A stretch of DNA of 64,000 bases from Terriglobia bacterium (GTDB lineage Bacteria; Acidobacteriota; Terriglobia; JAJPHL01; JAPKYU01): NCBI GenBank assembly GCA_965206645.1, contig CBDBKE010000001.1, positions 64,001 through 128,000 of the forward strand. The letters are read 5' to 3'. Position 1 is the stretch's first letter. Each line of letters opens with the position of its first letter. Of the stretch, positions 1 through 8,825 are shown in pieces. The position numbers were made by a program, and so were the translations under genes. Below the pieces are notes generated by a model. The model made no database searches and was not told the origin of the DNA. It was given only the letters and a program-made list of their open reading frames with translations.

Positions 1-163
1 GATCGCCGCTGGTGATCGTCCCCAGGGCGGGTCTGATTTCCGGAGCCACCAGTGAGGCACCGCTGCGCTCCGCGGGTTTCCTGGCGTCGCAGCCTAGGTG
101 AAGCAGGCCAAGAGCGATTGTCAATCCGCAGACCAAAAGCCGCCTGAGTCTCCTCCGTGTCAT
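1..163 (-). CDS. Putative lipoprotein, N-terminal part only (runs off window edge); possibly M28-type peptidase
   Basis: Hand translation from ATG at 163: MTRRRLRRLLVCGLTIALGLLHLGCDARKPAERSGASLVAPEIRPALGTITSGD. Basic N-region, hydrophobic stretch and lipobox-like HLGC; not in the ORF track because it is truncated. Confidence 0.6.
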   Translation of the reverse strand, partial: MTRRRLRRLLVCGLTIALGLLHLGCDARKPAERSGASLVAPEIRPALGTITSGD

Positions 164-272
164 GGTGCCGCAGATGTCAAGCCGCGGAGGCCAAAGTGAC
201 TCCGCTCATTCCCCTTGTCCGCCCCGCCCGGCCTCCCCCTATTGGGTCAATAGAGACCTCTACCATCCATTA

Positions 273-2012
273 CTATCCGTAGACGCGCTCGCCGGGCGCC
301 CAGCGGGTGATGGTGACCGGCAGATGCTCCACGCGCGCTGAACCGTCCGCATTTCGAAACACCAGCGAGTGCACCAGGTACTTCTCGTTATCCCGAGCCG
401 GGAAGTCGGTGCGCTGGTGCGCTCCGCGGGATTCCTTCCGGTTCAAAGCGCTCTCGACGATCGCTTCGGCCACGTCCAGCATGAAGCCAAGCTCGAGCGC
501 AGTCGTCAACTCGGTGTTGAAGGTGCGGCTGCGGTCGTCGAGGTTGATATCCAGAAACCGCTCCTGCAACGTCCGCAGAGTTTGCGCGGCAGCGCTCAGC
601 TCCGTCCCCGTCCGGTAAATGCCGGCGCTGCTCTCCGTGGTCTGCTGCATCTCCTCCCGGATGGTGGCGATGCGCTCCCGGCCTCCCGTCTTGCGCAGAA
701 ACTGCTCTTCCAGTCGGCGCTGCTCCTCAGCCGCCTGCGCCAGAACGTGCGCACCGGGCCCGCGCTGCTCGGAGGCGAACACAGCCGCCGCCTGTCCTGC
801 TCGCGCCCCGAAGACCAGCAGTTCCGGCAGGGAATTGGAACCCAGGCGGTTGGCCCCGTTGATGCTGACACAAGCGACCTCGCCAGCGGCATACAGTCCC
901 GCCAGCGGCGTTGCGCCGTTCATGTCGGTGTGCACCCCGCCCATCATGTAGTGCACCACGGGGCGCACCGGGATCAGCTCCCGGACCGGGTCAATGTTCT
1001 GGTATTTCTGGCACAGCTCGCGCACGAACGGCAGCTTGGCGTTGATGAGCTTCTCTCCCAGATGCCGCAGGTCTAGGTGGACGACCGGGCCGTAGGGAGT
1101 GTCAATGGTGCGGCCTTTCTGTTGCTCTTTGACGAAGGCCTGCGACAGCCGGTCGCGGGGTCCCAGTTCCATGGAGCGCAGCACCGGCTTGGGCTGCGGC
1201 GTTCCCAGGTTGTAGTCCTGCAGGTAGCGATAACCATCCTTGTTCAGCATGTAGCCGCCCTCGGCGCGGGAGGCTTCGGTGATCAGGATGCCCGTGAAGG
1301 GCAAGCCGGTCGGATGGTACTGAACGAATTCCATGTCCTTCAGCGGAGCACCGGCCCGGTAGGCCAGCGCCATGCCGTCGCCGTTCTTGATGCTGCCGTT
1401 GGTGGTGAACGGATAGACCCGGCCACAGCCTCCCGTGCACAGGATCACGGCCTTGGCGGTGATGGCCTGCACCTGTCCCGTCATCAGCTCCAGTGCGACC
1501 ACCCCCTGCACTCGGCCGTCGTCGACCAGCAGCTTGGTGGCAAACCACTCGTCGTAGCGGATCAGGGTGCTGTATTTCAGGCAGGTCTGAAACAGAGTGT
1601 GCAACATGTGGAAGCCGGTCTTGTCGGCGGCAAACCAGGTGCGCATCTTTTTCATTCCGCCAAACGCCCGCACGGCAATATGCCCGTCCGGGTCCCGGCT
1701 CCAGGGACAGCCCCAGTGCTCCATCCGAAGCAGCTCTTCGGGAGCTTCCTTGATGAAGGCCTCCACGGCATCCTGGTCGCACAGCCAGTCGCCCCCGGAG
1801 ATGGTGTCGTAAGCGTGCTCATCCAGGCTGTCGTTGGGCTTGACGACGGCTGCGGCGCCCCCCTCGGCGGAGACGGTGTGGCTCCGCATGGGGTAAACCT
1901 TGGAGACGACCGCGATGCTGAGTCGGGGATTGACTTCCGCCACGGCAATGGCCGCGCGCAGACCCGCGCCTCCACCCCCAACAATCAGAACGTCGTGAGA
2001 TGAACTTTCCAT
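273..2012 (-). CDS. frdA: Fumarate reductase / succinate dehydrogenase flavoprotein subunit
   Basis: GGGGAG FAD-binding loop, [10 protein letters not shown] (covalent-FAD His), [45 protein letters not shown]; resembles FrdA-type sequences. Confidence 0.92.
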   Translation of the reverse strand: MESSSHDVLIVGGGGAGLRAAIAVAEVNPRLSIAVVSKVYPMRSHTVSAEGGAAAVVKPNDSLDEHAYDTISGGDWLCDQDAVEAFIKEAPEELLRMEHWGCPWSRDPDGHIAVRAFGGMKKMRTWFAADKTGFHMLHTLFQTCLKYSTLIRYDEWFATKLLVDDGRVQGVVALELMTGQVQAITAKAVILCTGGCGRVYPFTTNGSIKNGDGMALAYRAGAPLKDMEFVQYHPTGLPFTGILITEASRAEGGYMLNKDGYRYLQDYNLGTPQPKPVLRSMELGPRDRLSQAFVKEQQKGRTIDTPYGPVVHLDLRHLGEKLINAKLPFVRELCQKYQNIDPVRELIPVRPVVHYMMGGVHTDMNGATPLAGLYAAGEVACVSINGANRLGSNSLPELLVFGARAGQAAAVFASEQRGPGAHVLAQAAEEQRRLEEQFLRKTGGRERIATIREEMQQTTESSAGIYRTGTELSAAAQTLRTLQERFLDINLDDRSRTFNTELTTALELGFMLDVAEAIVESALNRKESRGAHQRTDFPARDNEKYLVHSLVFRNADGSARVEHLPVTITRWAPGERVYG

Positions 2013-2030
2013 GCCGGTTGAACGTTCGAG

Positions 2031-2060
2031 AATTTACGCGGTGGATGGTGAGGTTGTCAA
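2031..2060 (-). promoter_or_regulatory. Sigma70-like promoter for frdA
   Basis: Minus strand TTGACA (2060-2055), 18-nt spacer, TAAATT (2036-2031), ending 18 nt before the ATG. Confidence 0.5.
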
Positions 2061-2109
2061 TGTGCAAAACCGGTCGGAGCGGCCAGGGGTCCCAGAGGGC
2101 AGATCCACT

Positions 2110-2583
2110 CTACACGACGGCCCGCTCCTGCACAGCGTCGCCGACCCGAATTTCACCCTGGGTGAGAATCTGCGCCCGCAGGCCGCCCCGGTGGATCAGG
2201 CCGCGCAGGACTCCGGGCCGGGTGAGCTTTTCTACATGGGAACAGGGTTCGCACAGCCGAATGCCGCGCAGCGTTACTTCGCCGACCTGAAACTCCTGGC
2301 CCGCTAGGTGATTCAGAGGGACCTGGCGGGTGACGATATTGCGGCGGGACTGGCCCGCATCCAGCTCCACTCCTGATTCGTGTTTCAAAGCTTCAATGGT
2401 TTCGATCTCGATCAGCGTCACCTCGCTATCCGGACGGGGCTTGTCGGAGTAGGTCCCAACTCCGTGGAAGTAGCGGTCACCCTCCAGCCCGCGACCGGGC
2501 ACGGCACGCGCCTGGGGAACCGAGCGCATGGACGTGCTGGCCTCTGGGGCGATGTGCAGGGAAACTACCACGCCTTTCCACAT
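2110..2583 (-). CDS. MOSC domain-containing protein
   Basis: GLEGDRY, RRNIVT, F.VGEV.L, LCEPC..., RGGLRAQIL..G.I.VGD; likely start ATG at 2583 with AAGGAG RBS. Confidence 0.88.
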   Translation of the reverse strand: MWKGVVVSLHIAPEASTSMRSVPQARAVPGRGLEGDRYFHGVGTYSDKPRPDSEVTLIEIETIEALKHESGVELDAGQSRRNIVTRQVPLNHLAGQEFQVGEVTLRGIRLCEPCSHVEKLTRPGVLRGLIHRGGLRAQILTQGEIRVGDAVQERAVV

Positions 2584-2627
2584 TTCTGTCAGGCTCCTTT
2601 CCTGGCTTAGGGGCATGGCGGAAGCTG

Positions 2628-2735
2628 CAGCCTTGGGCGATCCTGCCCTCGGAGGGCGGGTGCCCAATGCTGGCCTCTACTCGCAAACCTGTTGTACCGG
2701 GCTGCAGTGGATCGGCCGCTCCACTGCCAGCGCCG
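2628..2735. repeat. Two GC-rich hairpins between the Cys peptide ORF and the MOSC gene
   Basis: 2628-2672: cagc-ttgggc-cctgccctc / gagggcggg-gcccaa-gctg nested stem. 2697-2735: gcagtgga / tccactgc stem with ccgg flanks. Confidence 0.55.
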
Positions 2736-2762
2736 GGTTTGCCCGTACGAGATCACGACTCG

Positions 2763-2813
2763 TTAGCAGCAATCGTCACACGGACACGGTACGGAGCATG
2801 GACACTGGCACAT
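2763..2813 (-). CDS. Putative 16-aa cysteine-rich peptide MCQCPCSVPCPCDDCC (micro-metallothionein-like)
   Basis: AAGGAGG RBS 6 nt before ATG (2813); 7 of 16 residues are Cys in CxCxC, CxC and CC patterns; TAA at 2765-2763; lies just behind the arsR-family gene and overlaps its tail. Confidence 0.68.
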   Translation of the reverse strand: MCQCPCSVPCPCDDCC

Positions 2814-3228
2814 GGCTGGCCTCCTTTCCCGGCGTGTTCGCACGCCGTTTTCTAGGTTGAACTCCCACCACGCATTTGCCACTCTGACGCAGCTTCAGCC
2901 GCGCCTCCAGCCGCTTCAGATCGGTCTGGACGTCGTGGCAGCAGCACACCGTCTCCAGGCAACAACGGATCTGCTCAAAGAAGGGATGCTTAGCATCCTT
3001 CAGTCGCACATAGACCCAGCGCCCTTCGCGTCGCTCTTCGACCAAGTCGGCGGTTTTCATCAGCTTCAGGTGGCGACTGACGTTGGGTTGCGAAACCTGG
3101 AGCGCGTCTACCAACTCGCAGACGCACAGCCCCCCTTCTACCGCGGTCAGGCAACAGGTCAGGCGCAGGCGGAGCGGATCGCCGAGGGCCGCGAAGAGCT
3201 CCTGAGGATGGGCCAGATTCACATTCAT
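2776..3228 (-). CDS. ArsR/SmtB family metalloregulatory repressor
   Basis: FAALGDPLRLRL, LCVCEL alpha-3 metal motif, SQPNVSRHL HTH, ERREGRWVY; extra C-terminal CC..CCC. Confidence 0.92.
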   Translation of the reverse strand: MNVNLAHPQELFAALGDPLRLRLTCCLTAVEGGLCVCELVDALQVSQPNVSRHLKLMKTADLVEERREGRWVYVRLKDAKHPFFEQIRCCLETVCCCHDVQTDLKRLEARLKLRQSGKCVVGVQPRKRRANTPGKEASHVPVSMLRTVSV

Positions 3229-3248
3229 ATATTCACGTCTTTGAATAT
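3229..3248. promoter_or_regulatory. Putative ArsR operator (inverted repeat)
   Basis: ATATTCA-cgtctt-TGAATAT palindrome directly abutting the arsR start codon; TTGACA on the minus strand at 3266-3261. Confidence 0.65.
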
Positions 3249-3532
3249 GTTGCGCCCTTGTGTCAAGCCTTTTCTGCGACGCCTCAACAACCCACCGGGA
3301 GCTAAGCGCGGCACGTGCCGCCCGCCCGCCGGTCGTGGGGGGTGGGTCGTTGGGCGTCGGTCGCTGTGGGGGCGCGGCCGTTCCTGGCCATGCGACCCAC
3401 CGGAAACGTTCGGAAAAGGATTTTCAGCGGCCTGCTGGGATGAGACGGTATGCCACCGTTTGGGGCGGGAACCGCTTGCAAACGGCGATATAATAGAAGT
3501 CGGGGTCCGCGACGGTCCCGCAGAAGGAGGGT

Positions 3533-4027
3533 GTGCCTGTGTCTGGTCGAATCCCGAAAGAGCGTTGGAAAATTGGCGCAGGAATCCTGTTGATTCTGGC
3601 CACGATTACCTGGCTGGCAGTCAGCGGCATTCAGGAAAGCAAGACCTACTATGTCACCGTCCCGGAGCTGCAGGCCATGGGCGATGAGGCATACGGCAAG
3701 CGGCTGCGCGTAGGCGGCGATGTCACCGTCGGTTCCATTCACCGGGACCACGACCGCGTCTCGTTCACCCTGGAGCAAGAGAGCAACACGCTTCCAGTCC
3801 TGTATGTAGGGACCGAGCCACTGCCGGACACCTTCCGCGACCGCGCGCAGGCGCTGGCCGACGGCTCCTACGGGCCCGACGGGGTTTTCGTAGCCAAGCG
3901 GATTCAGGCCAAGTGCGCCTCCAAGTATGAGGCCCAGAAGCCGAGTGCAACGCATGAGGCGCAAGAACCGGGTGAGACCGGCGTTGTGCCGGAGGCCCCA
4001 GCCCAGCAAGGTTCGAGGACGTACTAA
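3533..4027 (+). CDS. ccmE: Cytochrome c maturation heme chaperone CcmE (CxxxY type)
   Basis: N-terminal TM, YYVTV.EL, RLRVGG.V, LPDTFRD, AKCASKY motif; first gene of the ccm operon. Confidence 0.9.
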   Translation: MPVSGRIPKERWKIGAGILLILATITWLAVSGIQESKTYYVTVPELQAMGDEAYGKRLRVGGDVTVGSIHRDHDRVSFTLEQESNTLPVLYVGTEPLPDTFRDRAQALADGSYGPDGVFVAKRIQAKCASKYEAQKPSATHEAQEPGETGVVPEAPAQQGSRTY

Positions 4028-4030
4028 TCC

Positions 4031-6097
4031 ATGGAGCACATAGGGGCATTCGCCCTAGTTCTGGCGTTCGGGTTGTGTCTGTACGCCCTGGTGGTGGCGC
4101 TGGCCGGGCACTGGTCGCATCGGCCGACGCTGGTGGCCAGCGCGGGGCGCTCCGTCACCGCCCTGTGGGTGTCCTTGACGGTGGCCATCGGCGCACTGGT
4201 GGTGTTGTTTCAGCAGGACAGTTTCCACGTCGCGAACGTGGCCGCGCACAGCAACATCACGATGCCGGCCATCTACAAGCTCAGCGCGCTATGGTCGGGC
4301 CAGGAAGGCTCGCTGCTGTTCTGGAGCTGGCTGCTGGCCTGCTACAGCGTGATTGCAGTCCGGCTGAACCGGCGGCATCTGCCCGAGCTGCAACCCTACG
4401 TCATTGCCACCTTGATGGTGGTGCAAGGCTTCTTCCTGGTGCTGAACTTGTTTGTCGTCCACCCGTTCACCCTGTTGGGGTTCGAGACTTCCGAGGGCTT
4501 CGCTCGGTTCGTCCCCCCTGACGGCAGCGGGATGAACCCACTGCTGCAGTACTGGATGATGGCCATCCACCCGCCGATGCTTTACCTGGGCTACATCGGC
4601 TTCTCGGTGCCCTTCGCCTTCGCCATGGCCGCCCTGATCACCCGCGCTCCCGGCGAGGGTTGGATCCGGGCCACCCGCAACTGGACCATGATCGCCTGGC
4701 TGTTCCAGACGGTTGGCGTCTTGCTCGGCGCACGCTGGGCCTACGCCGTGCTGGGCTGGGGCGGGTACTGGGGGTGGGACCCGGTGGAGAACGCCTCGCT
4801 ACTGCCCTGGCTGACTGGCACCGCCTTCCTGCACTCGGTCATGATGCAGGAAAAGAAAGGAATGATGAAGGTGTGGAACATGGTTCTGGTGTTCACCACT
4901 TTCTTCTTGTGCATCTTCGGCACCTTCTTGACGCGTAGCGGCATTGTCAGCTCGGTCCACACTTTTGCCCTGTCGCCCATCGGCCCCTACTTTGTTGCTT
5001 TCCTGCTGGCCGGCATCGCCTTCTCGGTCGTGCTGATCCTGATCCGGCGGGGACTACGACTCCGCCCATGGCCACATTTCCTGCCGCATGACTACTTGAC
5101 GAGCGAGAATCAGCTCGAATCAGTGGTCTCCCGTGAGTCCAGTTTCCTGTTCAACAACCTGATTTTGCTCGCTGCCTGCTTTGCGGTGCTGTGGGGCACC
5201 CTGTTTCCGGTGATCACCGAATACATTCAGGGTACCAAGATCACCGTGGGCCCGCCGTTTTTCAACAAAGTAAACATCCCCATAGGACTGTTTCTCCTGT
5301 TCCTGACCGGCGTGGGGCCGCTGATCGCCTGGCGGCGCAGTTCCCTCAAGAGCCTGGAGAAGAGCCTGTTTCCACCGGCGTTGTTTGGTGTGGCGTTCGG
5401 GGCTTTGACCTTTTGGCTCGGCGCCCGCGGTTTCTACCCGCTGGTCTCGTTCACCCTGTGTGGCTTTGTGGCCGCCACGGTGATCTCGGAATTCTACCGG
5501 GGGGCGTGGGCCATCCGGCGCAAGACAGCCGTGTCGCTGCCCAGAGCGGCCGTGCATCTCACCCTGCGGAACACGCGCCGCTACGGCGGCTACATCGTCC
5601 ACCTGGGAATCGTGTTCGTCTTCATTGGCTTCACGGGCGCTGCCTTTAACGTCGAGAAGCAGGGCCAGTTGAAGCCCGGCGAGCCGCTGGTGGTCCACAA
5701 TTTCACGCTCGCACTGGAACGCATCGAGATGGGTGAGACCGACAACTATGCTTTCCAGCGAGCTTACGTCCGCACCGAAAAGAACGGTCGGCCCATCGCC
5801 ACCATGATGCCGGAAAAGCGCATGTACAAGACCAGCCAGCAGCCGACCAGTGAGGTGGCTATCCGCTCGCGCATGAGCGAGGACCTGTACGTAGTGCTGG
5901 CCGAGGCCGGCGCCGACGGCGGCGCCTTCCTCCAGGTGTTCCTGAACCCCCTGGTGAACTGGATCTGGCTGGGAGGGTTTGTGATGGCGCTGGGAACCGG
6001 CATTGCCTTGGTGCCCAATCGCCCGCCGCCGCCGGCGCGCGTGGCCCTCAAGGTCACGTCTCAAAGGACCAAACAAAAGGATGAAGTCCTGGCATAA
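4031..6097 (+). CDS. ccmF: Heme lyase CcmF/NrfE family
   Basis: W.GQEGSLL, IHPP.LY.GY, WGGYWGWDPVENASLLPWL (WWD domain), FLTRSG..SSVH. Confidence 0.96.
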   Translation: MEHIGAFALVLAFGLCLYALVVALAGHWSHRPTLVASAGRSVTALWVSLTVAIGALVVLFQQDSFHVANVAAHSNITMPAIYKLSALWSGQEGSLLFWSWLLACYSVIAVRLNRRHLPELQPYVIATLMVVQGFFLVLNLFVVHPFTLLGFETSEGFARFVPPDGSGMNPLLQYWMMAIHPPMLYLGYIGFSVPFAFAMAALITRAPGEGWIRATRNWTMIAWLFQTVGVLLGARWAYAVLGWGGYWGWDPVENASLLPWLTGTAFLHSVMMQEKKGMMKVWNMVLVFTTFFLCIFGTFLTRSGIVSSVHTFALSPIGPYFVAFLLAGIAFSVVLILIRRGLRLRPWPHFLPHDYLTSENQLESVVSRESSFLFNNLILLAACFAVLWGTLFPVITEYIQGTKITVGPPFFNKVNIPIGLFLLFLTGVGPLIAWRRSSLKSLEKSLFPPALFGVAFGALTFWLGARGFYPLVSFTLCGFVAATVISEFYRGAWAIRRKTAVSLPRAAVHLTLRNTRRYGGYIVHLGIVFVFIGFTGAAFNVEKQGQLKPGEPLVVHNFTLALERIEMGETDNYAFQRAYVRTEKNGRPIATMMPEKRMYKTSQQPTSEVAIRSRMSEDLYVVLAEAGADGGAFLQVFLNPLVNWIWLGGFVMALGTGIALVPNRPPPPARVALKVTSQRTKQKDEVLA

Positions 6098-6614
6098 GAT
6101 CGCCGCCGTGAGCCTGGCCGTAGTAGGCCTGGTGATCGCGGGTGCCCTCAGTCCACGCCGCGCCAGCTCTTCGGAGGAGGCGTTCAACAGCCTCTCGGAC
6201 CGGCTACTGTGCCAGTGCGGGTGCGGGCAGCACCTGCAGGGATGCAATATGCATCCCTGTGGCACCGCCTACCCCATGCGGGATCAGGTCCGCGCCTCGA
6301 TCGCCGCGGGGAAGAGCGAAGAAGGGATCGTCGAGGAGTTCGTCCAGCAGATGGGCGCCGGCGTCCTGGCGACGCCGCCTGCCCGGGGCATCGGCCTGGT
6401 GGCCTGGATCATGCCTGTGGCCGCGCTGTTGTTGGGCCTGGCAGTGATTTTCCGGGTCGTGAAGCGCTGGCGGCCGCAGCCTGCGGCCGAACGTGCCGGC
6501 CCACCGGCCTCGAACGCGGCTCCCAGCGGTACCCCCGCCAGCGATACCCTCCCCAGCGGTACTCTCCAACGCTACACTGCCTCGATTGACGAAGAGCTGG
6601 AGCGCGAGGCATGA
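6081..6614 (+). CDS. ccmH: Cytochrome c-type biogenesis protein CcmH/NrfF family
   Basis: Signal peptide, LLCQCGC...C....C, MR.QV...I.AGKSEE.I...F, VLATPP..G..AW..P; ATG at 6081 overlaps the end of ccmF. Confidence 0.82.
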   Translation: MKSWHKIAAVSLAVVGLVIAGALSPRRASSSEEAFNSLSDRLLCQCGCGQHLQGCNMHPCGTAYPMRDQVRASIAAGKSEEGIVEEFVQQMGAGVLATPPARGIGLVAWIMPVAALLLGLAVIFRVVKRWRPQPAAERAGPPASNAAPSGTPASDTLPSGTLQRYTASIDEELEREA

Positions 6615-8086
6615 GCGTGGTCCTGGTCTGTGCTGCACTGGCCGGGTTCGTGCTCCTGTACACGCTGTGGGTTCCCCGGCAGGAAATCCACGTCCCCCAG
6701 CCGCCTACTCGGCTGGATCATCTGCAGGAGAAGAAGAAGGTCCTTTATGACAACCTGAAGGACCTGCACTTTGAGTACCGCACCGGCAAGTTCTCCGACG
6801 AAGATTACCAGCAGTTAAAAACCTCCCTGCAATACGAACTGGCACTGGTGATGAAGCAGATTGAGGAGTTGGAAACTCGTCGGGAGCCGGCAGGCAAGCG
6901 CAAGGCAGCCGACACGGCCGAGCCGGCAGTGGAGACGGCAAGCGGTGGTGAGGCCCCTCTTTGCCCTTCCTGCGGACATCCGAACCCGGCGAAGCACAAG
7001 CACTGCTCGGAGTGCGGCGCCCGCCTGCAGATGGTGGTGGTTTTGCTGCTGCTCGCTGGGGTGAGTATCGCCGCACTGCCCGCAGTTGCCGAGCAGGTGG
7101 CAGTGGAGGGAGTCGTGCGCAATGGCACCACGGGTAATCCGGCCACCGGCGCGCTAGTGGCGCTGATCCGCGCCGGCGAAAGTAAAGAGTCGCTGGAGCA
7201 GGTGATCAGCGACCGTGGGGGGCGCTTTCACTTTCAATCCGTCGAGGTGCCTGCGCCGCCAGCGATGTTGCTGGTGCAGGTTGAGCATGGCGGCGTGCGC
7301 TACACCGAACCTACAGTGGGCACTGCGCCCGTAGAGTTGGCAATTTATGAAGCCGGAGCGCCGGCTTCCGCCATTCGTGTGGCTGAGCGCGCGGTGATTT
7401 TGCACCCTACGAGGGGCAAGCTATTGGTGATCGAATCCTACCGCCTGTGGAATGGATCGGACCCGCCGGCCACCTATGCCCCGGCGGGCAACACGTTCCG
7501 GTTTTTTGTCCCGGAGGGGGGCAGCCGTAGCGTGCAGGTCAGCCTCCGAGGCGCGGCTGGTATGTCGATTCCGTTGGAGCCGCGGCCGTACGCCGCTCAG
7601 TCCGGCGTGCTGGCCGTTAGCCATCCGCTTAAGCCTGGCGAGAACCGAATCGGGGTCAACTACCACCTGGATTATCCTGGCTCGCTGAAGTTTGAGTCGC
7701 AGGCGATCGAGGAGGTAGAGCGCACGCTGCTGGCTGTCCCCGAAGGTGTCACTCTGGAAGGCGAAGGGGTGCGCTTCTTGAGTACCGAGCCGGAGACTGG
7801 ATTTCGAATCCACGACCTGGCGCGCAACGATCGCTGGACGGTGCGGCTGGCGGGCGAAGGGCGGCCAGCATTGGGTGCGACGGGTGAGGGGGGCGGCGCG
7901 GCCGAGAACGATTCCGACGTCGTTTCCCGGCTGGGCCCGGTCGGGGAGCAACGCGAGCTGCTGCTGGCGGTGGTGATGGCTGCGCTGGGGATGGGCTTCC
8001 TGCGTCTGTGGCGTCAGCAGAAGCCTGTTACCCTGCCCAGGCAGGTTGCCCGCGGCGGAGCCCCCTCCCGCAAGCGCCGGTCTTGA
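6611..8086 (+). CDS. ccm-associated membrane protein: CcmI-like N-terminus, zinc ribbon, and exported beta-sandwich domain with C-terminal TM
   Basis: LYDNLKDLHFEYRTGKFSDEDY helix pair, CPSCG..CSECG zinc ribbon, internal signal-like hydrophobic stretch, GVVRNGTTG carboxypeptidase-regulatory-like start. Confidence 0.65.
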   Translation: MSVVLVCAALAGFVLLYTLWVPRQEIHVPQPPTRLDHLQEKKKVLYDNLKDLHFEYRTGKFSDEDYQQLKTSLQYELALVMKQIEELETRREPAGKRKAADTAEPAVETASGGEAPLCPSCGHPNPAKHKHCSECGARLQMVVVLLLLAGVSIAALPAVAEQVAVEGVVRNGTTGNPATGALVALIRAGESKESLEQVISDRGGRFHFQSVEVPAPPAMLLVQVEHGGVRYTEPTVGTAPVELAIYEAGAPASAIRVAERAVILHPTRGKLLVIESYRLWNGSDPPATYAPAGNTFRFFVPEGGSRSVQVSLRGAAGMSIPLEPRPYAAQSGVLAVSHPLKPGENRIGVNYHLDYPGSLKFESQAIEEVERTLLAVPEGVTLEGEGVRFLSTEPETGFRIHDLARNDRWTVRLAGEGRPALGATGEGGGAAENDSDVVSRLGPVGEQRELLLAVVMAALGMGFLRLWRQQKPVTLPRQVARGGAPSRKRRS

Positions 8087-8104
8087 CCACGGGCGCCGAT
8101 CATC

Positions 8105-8824
8105 GTGTCTCTCTTCGCTCTCGAGGCTATCCAGCTGAGCAAATCCTACGGCGAGCAGCCTGCGTTGCGGAAGGTGGAGTTCGGGCTGCGGCCCGGGGAA
8201 GTGCTGGCCCTGCTCGGTCCCAATGGAGCCGGCAAGACCACGCTGCTTCACCTGCTGGCGTTGCTGACGCAACCCACCAGCGGCAGCGTGCGCATTAGCG
8301 GGGTGGAGATGGCCGGAGCCGCGCGGCTGGCCGCCAAAGCGTCCATCGGTCTGCTCAGCCACCAGACGTTCCTCTACGAGGAATTGACGGCGAGAGAGAA
8401 CCTGGAGTTCTTCGCGCGCCTCTACGAACTCAGCGACCGCGCCGCGCGCGTCGAGCGCCAACTGGAAGCGGCCGGTCTGGCTGAGGTTGGCGACCAACTG
8501 GTCCGGCACTTTTCCCGCGGCATGCGGCAGCGGTTGGCTCTGGGCCGCGCCTTTCTGCACGAACCGCGCCTGGCGCTGCTGGACGAGCCCTTCACGGGGC
8601 TGGACGAGTCGGCGGCGCAGACACTGCGCGATCTGCTGGCGGGCTGGCGCACCGCCGGCCGCACTGTCGTCTTCAGCTCTCACAACCGGGAGCAGGCGCT
8701 GGAGCTGGCCACCACGGTGCTGGTATTGGAACGCGGACGGATGACCCACTTCGGCGAGAGCACTCCGTATTCGGCGCGCCGCGCGTCAATCTCGGAATCG
8801 GGCTCGGAAACGGGGAGAACCTGA
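8105..8824 (+). CDS. ccmA: Heme ABC exporter ATP-binding protein CcmA
   Basis: Walker A GPNGAGKTT, FSRGMRQR signature, LLDEPFTGLD; operon context. Confidence 0.9.
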   Translation: MSLFALEAIQLSKSYGEQPALRKVEFGLRPGEVLALLGPNGAGKTTLLHLLALLTQPTSGSVRISGVEMAGAARLAAKASIGLLSHQTFLYEELTARENLEFFARLYELSDRAARVERQLEAAGLAEVGDQLVRHFSRGMRQRLALGRAFLHEPRLALLDEPFTGLDESAAQTLRDLLAGWRTAGRTVVFSSHNREQALELATTVLVLERGRMTHFGESTPYSARRASISESGSETGRT

Positions 8825-8825
8825 G

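Noticed and set aside
369-2003. Long plus-strand ORFs antisense to frdA, and similar shadow ORFs elsewhere (e.g. 25375-26646, 29081-30286, 39589-40848)
   Set aside because: Typical antisense shadows of GC-rich coding sequence, with no motifs or RBS
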